DNA from: Octopus bimaculoides
Lineage: Eukaryota
DNA: 64,000 nucleotides
Direction: 5' to 3'
Assembly: GCF_001194135.2 (NCBI RefSeq)
Contig: NC_068984.1
Coordinates: forward strand, 38,403,003 to 38,467,002
This document shows, piece after piece, positions 62,969 to 64,000 of this stretch. A program made the position numbers and the translations under genes. Position 1 is the stretch's first letter. The number at the start of each line of letters is the position of its first letter. Below the pieces are notes generated by a model that was not told the DNA's origin, did no database searches, and saw only the letters and a program-made list of their open reading frames with translations.

Positions 62969-64000
62969 AATATAGAATGTTTTTAAGTAGATTAATACCA
63001 GCATGAAAGGTAGATGTAAAATGATGATGATGAGAAAGATGAATGTGTAAAAATGCTGCATTAGTAAGAGAAACTTGGTACAGAAGATGAGTTATTTAAG
63101 ATGTTTTCATTGTTAACTAAAGGATATTTTGTGTGTTGTATAACAAATATATAGGACTATGTGTGATGTAAGAGAGTGAAATGTGAAATATGAAGGCAGA
63201 TTGCCAACAAAGAATCAACGTTAAAGAATTAACAGGGTTGATAACTACTGAGCTGAATAAGAATATAAAAAAAGTGATGTGAACAGGAATAAGTTTGCTG
63301 AGGAAGTAGATTATGAAAGAAATGCACTAATAAGTAATCATTTCTCTGATTCAATCAAAAATTATTATTATCATTATTATTATTATTGTTGTTTTTACAT
63401 TAGCTCTCTCAGGCAATCCTAGATTGAATTACATGATTTTAAACACATCAGACATGCTGGAAGTATGATGTATTTACTTAATGCCAACCATTCAACAATG
63501 GAGCGAGAATATTCAGGTGAGCTAACTTAGGTTGAGTTAAATGAGGAATAGTGATTAAGTAGACATAGATGAAAGAGTACTTGTTAACAAGTTCAAAACA
63601 TAAAATCCAGTTGTTGGAATCTTGCCTATGTAGATTTACACCTACACTTTTCAGAACTGATAAAATATGTGTAAAATTTACTATGAAAGACAAGACTAAT
63701 TGTTTTACACACTAGTTGGGTGGCTTTCAGTTTTCAACTCAATATAGCAGAACTACACTACTGGATAATATAGTTGTAATGAGAAATATTTTAGCCAGAA
63801 GGGCTGTCACTGGCTTAATACTATGGAAACTTGAAATGGCTTAGCTTTAAGAGATTACTTGGTGTGATGACAAAATGTATACATTTATACAATAGGCCAA
63901 CAGGTTATTAGTTAAAATCTTGTCTGTCATGCTTTATTTTAAGTACCTTTCACAATATCTATGGCATGTATGAAAATAAATGACTGATAAATGAGTACCC

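Noticed and set aside
1-64000. CRISPR arrays, rRNA or prokaryotic operons
   Set aside because: Eukaryotic intron-containing DNA; no regularly spaced repeat-spacer array or rRNA-like sequence observed.

Overview
AT-rich, microsatellite- and SINE-dense animal genomic DNA from a gapped draft assembly. The repeat families resemble those known from Octopus (cephalopod), which is an inference. Three protein-coding genes are recognisable, all on the minus strand. (1) GRWD1: first coding exon at 178-331; the gene runs off the left end. (2) DTWD2: five GT-AG coding exons reconstructed between 2357 and 11013, all phase-compatible except across one missing exon (the DGTW-motif exon), which most likely lies in the N-gap 3408-3861. 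(3) TNFAIP8/TIPE family: main coding exon at 31929-32503, beginning with a split codon (N|TG GCG ACC GAT) as in human; its upstream exon is not identified. The rest is intron or intergenic DNA with tRNA-derived SINEs (two head types), RTE- and CR1/L2-type LINE relics, Tigger/pogo and hAT transposase relics, MITEs and simple repeats. Most notable observations: DTWD2-TNFAIP8 neighbourhood shared with human 5q23; a 433-nt nested fold-back with strand-biased G:U (or A:C) mismatches; inverted pairs of RTE 3' ends able to form long dsRNA; an orphan CpG island with twin NRF1-like motifs; a 244-codon CCCH zinc-finger frame broken by three stops; and a candidate 7-nt micro-exon that could supply the A of the TNFAIP8 ATG. 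No clearly new multi-gene system was seen.
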